DNA from: the human T2T-CHM13v2.0 reference genome, Homo sapiens
Assembly (NCBI RefSeq): GCF_009914755.1
Contig: NC_060927.1
DNA length: 64,000 nucleotides
Direction: 5' to 3' (one strand)
The notes below the pieces were generated by a model. That model worked only from the letters and a program-made list of their open reading frames with translations. It made no database searches and was not told where the DNA came from. Positions 35,697-48,841 of the stretch are shown here, piece by piece. Positions within the stretch are counted from its first letter, which is position 1. Each line of letters starts with the position of its first letter. A program made the position numbers and the translations under genes.

Positions 35697-35804
35697 ATAT
35701 ATATATATATACACACACATATATACACACACACATATATATACACACACACACATATATATATACACACACACACATATATATATACACACACACATAT
35801 ATAT
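35660..35804. repeat. (CA)n(TA)n compound microsatellite with ~20-bp higher-order units
   Basis: Direct reading. Confidence 0.92.
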
Positions 35805-37374
35805 CTGACTTCTATTATATATAGTTATAGGTAAGCAATTTTTATACTTCAGTAATAAAAAGACTTTACAATTATGCCTTATAACTCTTACGATATTTTT
35901 TAGTTGACAAAGTACTTTTCTACCAATGTTTTTATGTGGACTTTACAACATTACCCCATGAGATTAAACAGTATTAGGATTATTTTTCTAATCTTACAAA
36001 TGTAAAAATGAAGCTCAGAAATGTATGTTTTCCAAAGAACTAGAACTAAATCCTGAGTCTTTGAGGCACCCAGTTCATCATCATTGCCATCACACTGGCT
36101 GGTATGTCTCACTTAGGTTGATTTCTGATATGCCTCTCCTTATGGACTGACTCCTCAGGCTTACCTCTTAATTAGAACAGCCCTGGCACAATACCAAACC
36201 CCTTTCCTTGCCAAACTCCAGCTCCGAGCTTCTTGTCTTTCCAATTGCAGATTACAGCATTAAACTCTGGTTGAGCCTGAATGATCCCATATAGTCCTTC
36301 CCAGGTAAAAAATTCGTTAGATGATGGTTTCTTAATCACAGCTCAGCTGCCTCCTTGGGTTATTTATCTGATTCTGGGCATGTCACAAAAAGAATGTTGT
36401 TGAAAGGCAATGTAATAAGTATGCATCAATCCTGCAGCCTTTCTTATTAAGAAATTTCAAGAGGGTCCACCTTCTGGAAGGAAGCAGCACTTTGCTACAG
36501 AGGCAAACACATCCCTTGGCATTTTACAAACCCCTCTGAAGGGAGTGGAGAGACAGCTCATCTTAGTGACAGATCTGTCGCAGGCAGTAAGAGGGCAACA
36601 GGGAGTCAGACTGCTACCTATTACCGTCATTATTATTGCTGTTGTCATTATTATGATCATATTACACATTCACTTAATGGTAACAACAGGGCCTGGCCCC
36701 AAAAGAAGTCTCAAAAAAAGATGTAATCTCTTCCCAGAGGCCTCATTTTTAAGTCAGATATGTTTCTGGTAATCCATTGTCACAGTCCTCTGTTGCCACC
36801 TGTTTTGGGTATCTGTCTGTGTGCTCTGACTAGCCTGGTCAGATAAATGTCAATAAACTGTGCGCACAGAGGAATTTTCTCTCTTATGTATGCTTTACTT
36901 TTGATGAACCAGGGCCTATTCTGAAGATAAAATGACAGATTTATTGACATAATCATGCATATACTTCCATCTTCTCAAATAGGTCTTGGAGAACCTAATA
37001 AAACGCCTGGGGTTGAAAGCGACCTCAGAGATCCAACTACATAGCGCTCAAATTCTGCCCTTCAGTCGCCATCCTGCTTATGCTTGATTGCCCCTAATGT
37101 TGGAGAACACAGCACCTCCTGAAACAGTCGATTCCATTCTTAGACAGCTCTTCTTTTTATTAGTTCTTAAGTATCTGCTGTCACCTCCCTTCTCTTTTCA
37201 GAGACCGGCATTCTCCAATCTGTACAGGAAAACAGCTTTCTCCTATCTTTGCCCATGGCTCTGCCCTCACTGGAGTTCTCCCTAGCACTGGGGAGTTCTC
37301 CTATTGCTCTGGTTTTTCTATGGCTGCCCTGCAAATCCTCTGGGCATCATCTGGAGCTCATGCTCCAGTAAAGG

Positions 37375-37840
37375 GGCTGTTGCTTAATAAGCCTCCCCAA
37401 AATGTAGTGGCTTAAAACAATGATCCATTTTTTGTTATGATCTGAAGTGTTGGCTGGGGAGTCTGCTCTGCTGGTTTCACCTGGGATCCCTGCTAGGGCT
37501 GCATTCAGTTGGAAAGCTTGGCTAGGCTAGAAGAGGCAACATGGCCTGAGTGTCAGGTATTACAGTTGGTGCTGACAGTGACTAGGACTCCTTGGTTCTC
37601 CCACAGGTGGCTGCTCGTTCTTCCCTAGGCTCAACTGGCATTCTGACATGGTCTCTGGGTGGCTTTCCAAGGTGGCAAACATGGAGCTTACAAGGCCTCT
37701 TAAGGCCTAACCTTGAAAATAGCACATTATTTCTGACACATTCTATTGGTTAAAGCCAATCACAAAGCCAGCCGAGCTTTAGGGTGGGGAAATCGACTCC
37801 ATGTCTTAATGGAGTGTGTCATGTTTTTCGTTCTACCAAT
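37375..37840 (-). mobile_element. MLT1-family LTR
   Basis: TAGTGGCTTAAAACAA and CATTCTATTGGTTAAAGC motifs. Confidence 0.65.
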
Positions 37841-38985
37841 GCCCTGTCTGCTAGAAAACATGGAAGATTGAAAGTACGGGTGGAGCACAAGGGCTTCCTC
37901 CTTCTCTTTTTTCACTCTGTTTCTTCATTTTCTTAACACCATTCTTTCTGGGTATATGGTGTCGTGCAAATTTCTTTTCTAAGGAGTTTCAATTATCTTG
38001 AAAGAGAATTATTACATAAAAAGGAAGAGAGCATGGTTGTAGCAAATGTAAACATTGCTTTGAATCTCAAAAATGAAGGCACTTAAAGACCTGTGAGGGG
38101 GTCCTCTGTGGCCATTTTACCAAATCTCAGTCTGGTTCTTCTGTCCTCAGGTTCAATAATTTCCGCCTCTTTCATACCGAGGGCCTCATTGTTCAAGGGC
38201 CTCTATCCAAATTTCCACCCCCTCCACTTCCTTCTAGGAAGCCTTACCTCTTTACAAAGGATGAGATTCCCCTTACTCAGATTCTTTATCTTTTCCAGAT
38301 ATAAGAAGGGTTTAAGATTGAAGCATGTGATCTTAGCACCCCAAGCCTTCACTGATGTTGGTCATCGGCCAAAGTTCAGACAGGCAGGCACAGAATTCCT
38401 GGGGCAAAGTGAGCAGTGTCCCATTCTAGAGTTTTTTATTTGATGGCATCTTGTGAAAGCTGAGGCTGTCAGTTACTCTTTCCAGGAACCTATTAAAATA
38501 AGATCAGCTCCCAAGAACAAACAACAGTTGTGTGTGTGTGTGTAGTTTGTGTGTATGTGTGTGCATGTACATGTGTGCACATGTGTGAATAGGTTTAGAA
38601 GTGGGTGTTGAGGACGGTTCAGGTAGAGTGGGTTTTTATCAATTAAGAATGCAGTCAATTTGTCAATTGAAAATGGAGTTAGTGAAGCTCCCAATATTGA
38701 GTAAGAAGTGTCTGGCTTCTTTTCTACTCAGCTTTGATCTCTGATGGAATCATAAAAGTCTCATGCTGCAGACTGGATTCAGTGGTTTCCAACCCCAACC
38801 ACACATATGCATACACAGACACACACATATCTGAAGGGATGTGCTGACTCTTTTTACTATGTCTTAGAGGAAATCTACCTTCTTATAATCTCCACCCACC
38901 TGTAATAATTTTCTGCTGCGGACACACAGATAAGGTCTAATTCATCTTTTTATGAGAGGCTTTTGTGTATTTCAAGATAATTACC

Positions 38986-39311
38986 ACCAGGCACCGTGGT
39001 TTATACTGGTAATTCCAGCAATTCAGAAGGCTGAGGCAGGAGAATCACTTGAGGTCAGGAGATTGAGACCAGCCTGGGTGACATAGTGAGACCTATCTCT
39101 AAAAAAACCCAAACAAACAAAAACAAAAATAAAAGTTAGCGGGGTGTGGTAATGCATACCTGTAGTCCTAGCTACTTGGGAGGCTGAGGCAGGAGGATTG
39201 CTCCTTGAACCCAGGAGTTCAAGGCTGCAGTGAACTATGATTGTGCTGCCACAACTGCAATCTAGCTTAAGCGACAGAGTGAGACCTCACCTCTAAAAAT
39301 TAAAAAGAAAA
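38986..39311 (+). mobile_element. AluJ
   Basis: Dimeric Alu; TSD ATAATTACCA on both sides. Confidence 0.88.
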
Positions 39312-39631
39312 ATATAATTACCATGTACTTCCCAAGTTTTCTACTGTCCTAGCTAAACATTGAGGCTGGCTGAATACAATATTACCTGACAAATGCCATG
39401 CAATTGATGCAAAAAAGATGAGAAAACATATTCATGCTCATACCTATTCTTTTTATGCTAGATATTTCAGTAGTGCATCCAGCAGAAATTCAAATTGTTA
39501 GATATAGGATATAGATAATGAGTGGAATATGGAACATGGAATATTAAGTCATCAATTCTGCTCTATTTCCTTTTGTTTATGTGTCCAGCACAGTCAAAAA
39601 AGATAAGAAGGAGAAGACTGTGAAAGTAGGT

Positions 39632-40000
39632 TGTCTGAATCCATTTTATGCTGTTATGATAGAATACCACAAAGTGGGTAATTTATAAAGAAAATAAATG
39701 TATTTCTCACAGATCTGGAGGTTGGGAAGTCCAAAAGCATGGCACCAGCATCTGGTGAGGGTCATCCCATGGCAGAAGGATGGAAAATAGAAGCAAGCAT
39801 GAGAGACAAAGAAAGCACACTTTTATAACAAAGCCATTCCTTCAATATCTAACCCAACATTTAGAAGACAGCAGTAATCTATTTATGAGAGTGGAACGCT
39901 CATAACCTAATCACCTCTTAAAGATTCCATTTCCTAATAGTGTTACACTGGCGGTTAAATTTCAGCATGAATTTTGGAGGGTACATTCAAACTACAAGAC
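39632..40000 (-). mobile_element. MaLR LTR (MSTD/MLT1A-like)
   Basis: GGGTAATTTATAAAG, GGAAGTCCAA and CCTAATCACCTCTTAAAG motifs. Confidence 0.75.
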
Positions 40001-43000
40001 AGATTTCATGTTCAATCTAATAATTCTCTTCCATAACTGGACAAGTCCTACAAATAAGGTTGGTATTTAATAACATTCAGTAATATTTATTAAACACCAA
40101 CTATACATCAGTCACTGTGCACCTGGCACCCAGAAAACCCAGTTGGGTGAATACTAGATATCACTTAAGTCATACAACTCTGTGAGGTAGAAATTATCCC
40201 AATTTTCAAGATAAAGAAATTGGAATTTGGGTAGGTTAGGTGAGTAGGCCAAATTTCTACATTTAGTAAGTATAAAGCTACCCCAGAACTTTTGTCTCCA
40301 AACTCAGTACTTCTTTTTACTCTACTCGGTGCATGCCTGTTCTGTGCATCGGGTGGTGGGGTTAGACACAGCACAAGAGGTTTTTGCCTTTATATTTTAC
40401 CCTCTACATGGGAGAAGGAGAATTCAGAGAGGAGGGGAATACTGAGCTGGTCCTGGAAAAACAGTGGGCAGTGGAGGCATAGGAGGGGGCGACAATACAG
40501 GGAGATTTAAGAGCCAAGATATATAGAGAGAAGTTTGCTGGGATGCTTAGCAAATATTGAGTAGAGTGGTCTGGCTGGATGGGGAAAGACCCATATTGGG
40601 AGTGAAAGGAGGCTGCTTTGAAACTCTGTGTTAGTTTGGCTATAGTCCCTGACAGAGTGTGACTGTGCAGAGCCTTGAACAACAAATTAAGAAGCCTTTT
40701 TCCATGGTTGGTTAGGCCCAGTGTATTGATTGGCCGCATTTCCAGAGGTCTAGATAAGCCTGCATCAAGGAAAATTCCTTTTTTGTTGCTGTTGATGTTG
40801 AGCATGTTCTGGGCTGGCCTTTTCTCACCATTGGAAAGGTAAACAACTGTAGGATTTAGATTTGAGTTTGACAATAGGAAGTAAGGTACCTTGCTTGACC
40901 TGTGTACTTACCAGTAGAATGGGGAGAAACATAAGAATTATTTACATGGTATCTGGCATATATTTTTGGGGGGAGTTCCTAGAAATATTTAGCAACAGAA
41001 TTCAAAGGGTCCGGATCCAGCCATTTAAGTCTTAAACTTTTCTTCATCCCAACTCCATCAAGAGGGAGCCCATGAATACTTCTAGCAGAGTTGTCACTTG
41101 ATGAAAAGTAGTGTGATGGGACCACCAATCTGGGGCAGATGTCCTAGCATGGCTTAGAGTGGAGATCCAGGAAGCAGGAGGACCAGGTAAGAGACAAGCC
41201 AGTGGTGGAAGGGTTGTCAGGAAATCTAATAAATTTGTCCATGTATTTATTTATTTATTCATTCATTCACTCATTCATTTATTCATGTATTTATTTACTC
41301 AACAATTATGTGGGAAGAACCTACCATGTGCCGGGCTGTAGGTCAAAGCTCTGGAAATCAGAGGTGAACAAACCGGACATAATTCCTTCCCTCAAATTAT
41401 TTACAGTCTCTCTTCTAAACTTATTATTCTAACATTTCGATGCAATCTTTCAGTGTTTTAGGGTGGTGGGATTTTACAGGATTTAAGATGTTTCAGCAAA
41501 GGGAGAGGGTAGTTGGTTATGTAGTGATCTCCCTGACCTTAGAGGTAGTTGTTGCACCAAGTAAGAGCCTGACTGAAATTTCTACTAAATATCTCCCAAC
41601 ACAGGAAGATAAGCATCTAGAATTCATGTTTATAGGATATGCATCTGAGCCTGTGATGAGACCTCTACTGGGATTCTTCTTAAAAGGAGTCAAGAAATGA
41701 ATTGAGAAGATTTTTTTCTTCTTTATTCTCGAGCAAAAACAATGTGGGATAGAGAAGCCACAGGCCAAACCCTCTTAGGAAAGCTGGCCAGGAATGCAAG
41801 CACCATGAAAGTTCTTTCACAAGAAAAGGAGAATTGCTTTCTAGGGTTATCCTGATTTCAAAGTCAAGGTAGCATGAGATTGGCTTATTTTTGCGCTGGG
41901 CTTGAAAATGTAACTGACTCAGGAGAGAAATGTTAGGACCAATTTCTGGCCTTGAGAAATTCCCTATCAGGAGGTTGGTACAAAGGTGCATTTGCAGTAA
42001 TCAGCTCTTTTCTTTAGCTTACACCTCCACCTGCATCATGCAATTGCATCAATACCTCCTCAAATTCCCATAAGATTATTTTTGAGAAAACTTAATGTGT
42101 TACTATGTAACTTCTCTGAGCCTCAGTTTCTTCCCCTGTCCAATGGGGCTGATGATATTTTAGCAGCACTAAGTTGTATCACAGAAGTAATTATCCAAAT
42201 ATAGTACCTAGTACCTGGCTGTCACCTAATACTTGCCTCATACCATCACATCTAGGAAAGTTAAAATACCTTTTTTAAATGACACACTTTGTGAGAAAGA
42301 TTAGGCCAAATATGTAAGGAAGAAATTATTAGTTATTAATATTTTCCCCAGTCAGTTTCTAAGTTCCTCAGATTATTTATCCCAAGATTTGTGGGAAGAA
42401 GCTCAAATGAGACAGGGTCTAGGAAAACCTGTTGCAAGCTATTAAGTGTTCTCTGCCTAAAAGGGACCATCTTAGACCTGAGGGGGCCTGCTTCCTTGCT
42501 TTCAGCAAGACTGCTGGTGCCCCAAGGCCAGCATCAGTGCATGGAAGAGGGCTTATGATCAGCCCTGCGTGCCTGCTAATGATGACCACAAGCGGCCTTG
42601 AAGAGGCTTTTCATCACCACACCTTGTCTTCTTCCAACTCCAATTTGTACAGCCTATGGGTTGCTTCACTTCCAGGAGCCAGACCCCAGGGGCTGTTAAT
42701 AGCCAAGGTCACCAGTGTGAACCTCCGCTCATCCTAGCCAGCATGGCTGTGACTTCCCAAGAGAAGATAAAAGACTGATAGGCCCCCCTCCCAAGAGAGG
42801 AGAGAGCGACACTTCTCATTAACAGAGGGCCGGTCAGGGAGTAGGATGCAAATGGCACTGATGCCCCTGTGGCTGCTGCCACTCTCATTGCCTCCTGGCA
42901 CATCACGGCAGGTGGATGACAACTTGTCTCACTGAAGAACTCTGAAACTGTTTCTAGGGGTGCTTTTGGGAGAAGCAGAGGCAAATCCTGCTAGAGCTTT

Positions 43001-43484
43001 CTGATACCAACCCTATGGCATTTGTCCTCTTGACTCCATACCTAAGGCTTCAGCACAGTCCTCCACTTGAAATGTAGGCCTAGAGGAGGACACACCTCTG
43101 GAGGAACTCATTCCAGCTTTACTTTCTTCGAATACACAGGCACGCACACGTGCACACACACACCCCTACACACACACACACACACACCTTTTTCCTATTT
43201 TTTTTTAGGGCAGTGAGAGGTTCTCAAATTTCAGTGTGCATCAAAATAACCTGGAAAAGTTATAAACATACAGGGCCACACCCCAGACCTAAAGGGCCTA
43301 GGGAATCTATGTTTTAACCAGTTTTCCAGGTAATTCTGGTATAAATGATCATGAGACCACACTTTGAGGTATACTATTCAGGAGTTAAAAAATAATTACA
43401 GAACCTATTTTATAGAGTTTTAAAAACTGGAAGACAATTCAAAGGTATGTAGAATAGCCTTTCATTCTACAAATGAGAAAGTGG

Positions 43485-43720
43485 ATAGAGGCCTAGGCTG
43501 TAGCTGCCTGCCAGAGTTCAAACCCTGGCTCAGCCTCTTACAAGCTGGATGATTTGGGGTAAGTTACTTAAATACCCCGTGCATCAGTTTTCTCATCTAT
43601 ACAACAGAAACAATATAAAATGTTACCTATCTCATGAGAGATTTTATGAGGTTTAAATGCATTCATATAGTCAAAGTTTTGGAAAAGTGCCTGGCACATA
43701 GTGAACATTCAATAAATTAT
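43485..43720 (+). mobile_element. MIR SINE (representative of many MIR/L2 relics, e.g. ~110-410, 7290-7430, 9855-10080, 10170-10575, 40150-40320, 41010-41410, 58370-58545, 60700-60880)
   Basis: MIR core AAGTTACTTAA..CAGTTTTCTCATCT and AGTGCCTGGCACATAGT. Confidence 0.7.
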
Positions 43721-43724
43721 TTGT

Positions 43725-44335
43725 ATCTTTCAGGTTCAATCAGAAAAACAGGACCACTTCGAGTAGTATAGAATATGGGATATATTACAAGGCTTAGACC
43801 AGACATAATTGTGGGAACTCATTATGTTGCTACTTTAGGGGGCAGTTTCTGCTTTTGATGCTGGCCCAAATGTCAGCAGGGCTAGAAACATAGAAGAAAA
43901 GATAGACATCAAGTAGGAATAACGAGGACAGACTAGAATCTGCAAGAATTAGCTGGAACAATATGTGCTGCTTCTTCGATCTCGGTGATGCTGTTGGCCT
44001 GCACCATAGGGTCACACCTGCTCTTGTCCCAGTACTCAGAGAAGTTGAAAGAGGGGATCTGGCAGGAGCTGAAGGAGCTGCAGCATCAACTGTGCTCTAA
44101 ACCAACCAAGTAAGCCAGCATATCAGTGACCACGTGCAAGAGCTTGTAGCTGCCCTCATTAACCTTTAGAGGATAAAGAAAATAAAATAGCCCTTCTTCA
44201 CTTTCCCCTTTCAAATCTCACATGACTTGGAACATTAACTTGTGGCCAACCTTAACCTGAAATTATATAGCCAAGGGGACTCTAAGATTTGCAGTTCCAG
44301 CTTAGCTAAGTTGACAAAGTACAAAAACCATCATA
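43725..44335 (-). mobile_element. ERVL-type LTR (LTR33-like)
   Basis: CAGGTTCAATCAG start and GTTCCAGCTTAGCTAAGTTGACA near the end. Confidence 0.5.
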
Positions 44336-44869
44336 TTGTCAATTTCTCTTAATACACATCAGGAAACTGAACAGAGCTGGTGAGTACCTTAGGCAAGGTC
44401 ACACAGCAAATTTTTGGGAGAAGAGAGAGAGAAAGACCTAGGCTTAGGCTACTCAGCTTCTGATATTCAAGCCTCCTGGTTGCCACAAAGAACTTAAGAA
44501 GGTGTCCCTCTGAATGTTTCTTAAACTTACAGAGGGAAAGCCCAAGGAGATGATGGGTCTGTTTCAATAATACATTCACTGAGGGACTGCTAGGTGCCAG
44601 TTAGTCTGTCGTCAGGCAGGTAGGACTCCCTTCTTTGCTTACAGAGAAGAAAACTGCATTGGTAAGTACAATAAAAGGCCAAAGAGATACATGCTTCAAG
44701 GGAGAGACAATGGTAGTGTTTTAGGGTGGAGCTTGTTAAAAGATAGGTTATCAGACCATGTCAAGTGGCTTTTGCCTAATACTCAAAGGTCATCAATCTA
44801 GATCCTATTTCTCTACCCTCTTATCCCTTGCTACTCCGCCGAAATGAAGTACGATATATGGGACAATTT

Positions 44870-45506
44870 ACTTTGAAGCCTCTTGCTACTGTGATAACAT
44901 GGATACTGTTGTTTTCTCCAACATCCATCTGAGTAAATCAGGCTAAGCATTACCTCCTTGCCACAGTGGTTGCTTCAAGTTACCCAGACCTAAGCCAGGT
45001 ACTAGAGTCCATTTGGTTGCTGGTGTTGAGATGATCACTTAAAAAATTGTCTAACTCTTTGAGACCAGCCTGGCCAACATGGTGAAACCCTGTCTCTACT
45101 AAAAATACAAAAATTAGCTGGGTGTGGTGGTGCACACCTGTAATTCCATCTACTCGGGAGGCTGAGGCAGGAGAATTGCTTGAACCTAGGAGTCGGAGGT
45201 TGCCAGATATTTACTCAATGGTTGGAGGAAGTGCATTTCCTCTTCCACTAGATACTGAAAAGGAATTATCACACTGATTGTGCTATCCGCAGCTGACAAA
45301 CACAGAAGGAACCAGTTGTAGCCTAGAGTCAACATTATGGATGGCAGAATGAAAGAAACATCATTGGGCCATTGAATCAACCATCTCGGAAGCCTGCTTG
45401 AACTCTAGGCTTTCCAGTTAACTGAGTCATTGTGTTATCCTGTGTTTGAAATAGTTCAAGTTGGACTTTTCCATTACCTCTTATAGAAAACGTCTGCATT
45501 AATACA
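44870..45506 (+). mobile_element. MLT1-family LTR interrupted by the 207-bp copy
   Basis: CCTTGCCACAGTGGTTG, TGAATCAACC and terminal TAATACA. Confidence 0.55.
44997..45203 (+). repeat. ~207-bp dispersed copy of 45883-46090 (unique flank plus partial Alu)
   Basis: Direct alignment at offset 886-887, including ~64 bp of non-Alu flank. Confidence 0.92.
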
Positions 45507-45946
45507 CGTGCCTTTGAATATGCTGAGGATATTTTTCCTCTGCTAAAATAACAGTTCTTACTTTACCTAAAGTCTTCTACTTTTCTCTCAAGAACTTGTT
45601 CATTGTCTCATCCATCCCAAAGCCTTTGCTGATCTATTTCCAGAGCCTCTATTCCCACTTAGGTTCTGATGTTCTTTCAACTCTTGTCTGTTTTTCCCAG
45701 AGGTGCCAAAGACCACAGGGCTTGGTTTTATGTTGTGTCTCTATGGCTTTTGACTTTTGGTCTTTCATTGACTCTGGCTTCACTGCTGCCTTTCTGAGTC
45801 TTCCCAATTAAGAAAACTTAGAGGAGAATGCCCACACTCAAAGCACCCAGGATTGCCAAGAGAGAACCTTAAACAGAAGAGAAGGTACTGGAGTCCATTT
45901 GGTTGCTGGTGTTGAGATGACCAATTAAAAAGTTATCTAACTCTCT

Positions 45947-46161
45947 GAGACCAGCCTGGCCAACATGATGAAACCCTGTCTCTACTAAAAATACAAAAAT
46001 TAGCCAGGTGTGGTAGCACACGCCTATAATCCCAACTACTTGGGAGGCTGAGGCAGGAGAATCCACTTGAACCCAGGAGTCAGAGGTTGCAGTGAGCCAA
46101 GATCATGCCATTGCACTCCAGCCTAGGCAACAAGAGCAAAACTCCTTCTCAAAAAAAAAAA
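45947..46161 (+). mobile_element. 5'-truncated AluS (Sq/Sp-like)
   Basis: GCAACAAGAGCAAAACTCC, poly-A, and a 20-bp TSD at 45927-45946 and 46162-46181. Confidence 0.9.
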
Positions 46162-48368
46162 AAAAAATTGTCTAACTCTTTGTATGGAAAGTTTGGAATA
46201 ATCAGGGACTCCTATCAAGACCTTTAGCTTCCACCATGCAAACATCATATAGGATGAATCACCTTCCGGATCTTCCAACCAGGGTCTTTGTTCGGCTTGA
46301 ACAACTAAAATTAGCAGTTTATTCACGGTCCATAATGGCTGGGGAATTATTTCATACATATGGGACAAAGGAGAGGGATCCAAAGAGGGCCCTCTTCCCT
46401 AAGTCTCATTCATGAGATTCTTCTCATTGAAGAGGCACTCTCAAGCATCCAATTTGCTGCAATTATAGCAATCAAAAAAGCATTCAGTCTCCTTCCGCAC
46501 CTGACAAGCCAGCTCATGCATTCTCACCAACAGTGGTGGGGTGGATGCTATTGCAGCTCCCATCCCCCTGATTCCAGCTACAGCCACTAATACCACCCTT
46601 ATCCCCACACCCAGAGCTAGAGGTGGTTCACAGTCCAAGGAACTCCATCATGTTAACATCGATGGTAGACCTGTAGCTGCCCAGATTCACATGGGCTTAC
46701 TGGTTCTCTAGAAAGAGACTGGTTTGCCTTTAGTATTGGCTTATAAATATCTCTATCCCCATGGCCTGAAAGAGAACTGATGATAGATAAACTTCTCCAT
46801 TATGTAAGTTTCTAAGGGCTGATAAATAAGCTCCTGCCATGATAACAGGTGCAGGTGTAGCGCCATGGAGAAGCCAGGGCCTGTCTGATTGCTGCATTGT
46901 GCCAGCATTCATGTTACTTGAATGGGTGCTTTGTGAGAGTACAGTCTCTGCAGATTGCAGGGACCGGCTGCTGCTGGTGAAAGGGTGGGGGTCTGTTGAT
47001 GAAAGTCCCATTAACAACACACAAATAACTCCCAGCTTCCTCTTCTCAGTTGCCTCTTTGTTCTAGGCCAATGGCTCTCAGGAGAGCTGAAAATGTTATT
47101 TAATTATTTCTAACCCCCATACTGCTGCTACTAGGACTCCTTCTGGAATATCCATTCCCAGCAAGGCATCTGTATTCATTCTCATGAGCCACTCCAGGCT
47201 TGCCAATGGATGAAAGAAGTCTGCAACCACTGTAAACAATCAGGCTGGTGTTGAGTCACTTATGTGGACCACCACTGTGCCACTCCTTCTGACCACTCCA
47301 GCTGCTCCACCTCTGACAGGCTTCCATCTACCTTGGAGGCCAGCTGACCACAGTACTTAGATCATTACTTGATCTCTCAATCCCCTCTGAGAGTCTTTGG
47401 GAAACAACATGCGAATGTTTATCATTGTTAAGTCTGGTCACTGAGCCTCATGGAAAATTCTCCCCTCTTTTCTCAATTTTCTCATTTATAAAATGGGAAT
47501 AATGAGAATACTCAGACCTTCTTCAAGAGGTTATTTTGAGTCCCAAGTGAGATAATACCTGCAGAATACTGAATATTCAATTAAGGAGGTGCTCAGTAAG
47601 AGCACTACTATTTCATTACTGTTTCTCTCATGTCAATTATTAGGGTATTTTAAAATATCTTTCTCCAGAATATCTTTCTATCTCCCAATATGACGATAAG
47701 TTCTCCTAGAGCAGGGCACTTCTAAGTTTTCTGATGCGTCCACACAATTTATCAGGCAGCTGGAACATGGAATGAACACTTGCATGGCAGCCAGGAGCCT
47801 CAAGCTGGAGTCCCAGCACCACCTGTGATTACCTCATTCCTCTGTCTGGCTGTCTTTCATTAGGTCTTCTATTATCTCCTCTGTGCCCTCACTCTCCCTT
47901 CCCTTCTTAAATCCCCATCCTTCTACCTTGGCCTCACCTACTGAAATCTCACTCCACCTTCCAGTTCAAACCAAATTCCCCACCTTCTGGGAATCCCTTC
48001 CTCAGTAGCTGCAGACTACACTGGCCTGTCTTTTCCCAGACTTCTCATTCCTTCATGTTAGCACCACAATGCTTAGCAACTAGTGGCTTTTTCAATAAGA
48101 AAGATGTAGTCTTATTTATCTCTTTGCACAACTCCCTTCTCTATTGTGTTTTCCACATTTACATACCACTTTGGGGCAGAAATTGGCCCAGTGGCCAAAT
48201 CTGGCCCACTTTCTTTTTGTATGGTCTAAAGCTAAGAATGTTTTTGTATTTTAAATAGTCAAAAAAAGATCAAAAGAAGAAAAATGTTTCATGAAGTGTA
48301 AAAATTACCTAAAATTTAAATTTTGGCATCTACAAATAAAGTTTTATTGGAACGTAGCCACACTCATT

Positions 48369-48841
48369 TGTGAAGCAGGTTCACTGTGCACTGGTTACCA
48401 ACTTGTCTGAGTCTGGTAAGGCAGAAGATCCTTAAACATAACAAATTACATGAAACAAATTTATTATTTACAGATAAACAGCAAGGGATAACAGAAGTGT
48501 AGGATTGATTGTGAGCTTCTCCCCGCAAACTCAGAAAAACTGCCAGGTAAATGAGGTCTCATCTGCATGTGCCCCACTTGCATTGCTACTGAGGGACCCT
48601 GAAAAGCAGACAACCCTGGGTGTTACACCCTCCCCAGGGTATGAAAGGACACACTAGGCAAATGTGTTGAAGAACATCCCGTTTCCAGGTGGAAACTGGA
48701 ACTGAGCCAGCCTGTTCCAGCCAGTCTCTCCTTGTCTCAGGATGTTGCATTCTCAGCATATTTTACAGTTATTCCAGGGAACAACAGTGAGAAGGGGAGA
48801 GAGCTGGGTTGGTTCAAGGCCACCTGGAGAACTGTCCTGCA
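48369..48841 (-). mobile_element. ERVL-type solo LTR inserted into a MER58-like hAT element (~48170-48980)
   Basis: TG...CA bounded segment; MER58-like sequence (AATAAAGTTTTATTGGAAC ... AAAGTTTGCTGACC) resumes on both sides. Confidence 0.65.

Noticed and set aside
40404-40874. 156-aa ORF (likewise 55432-55899)
   Set aside because: No recognisable domain or splice evidence; the second overlaps a MIR.
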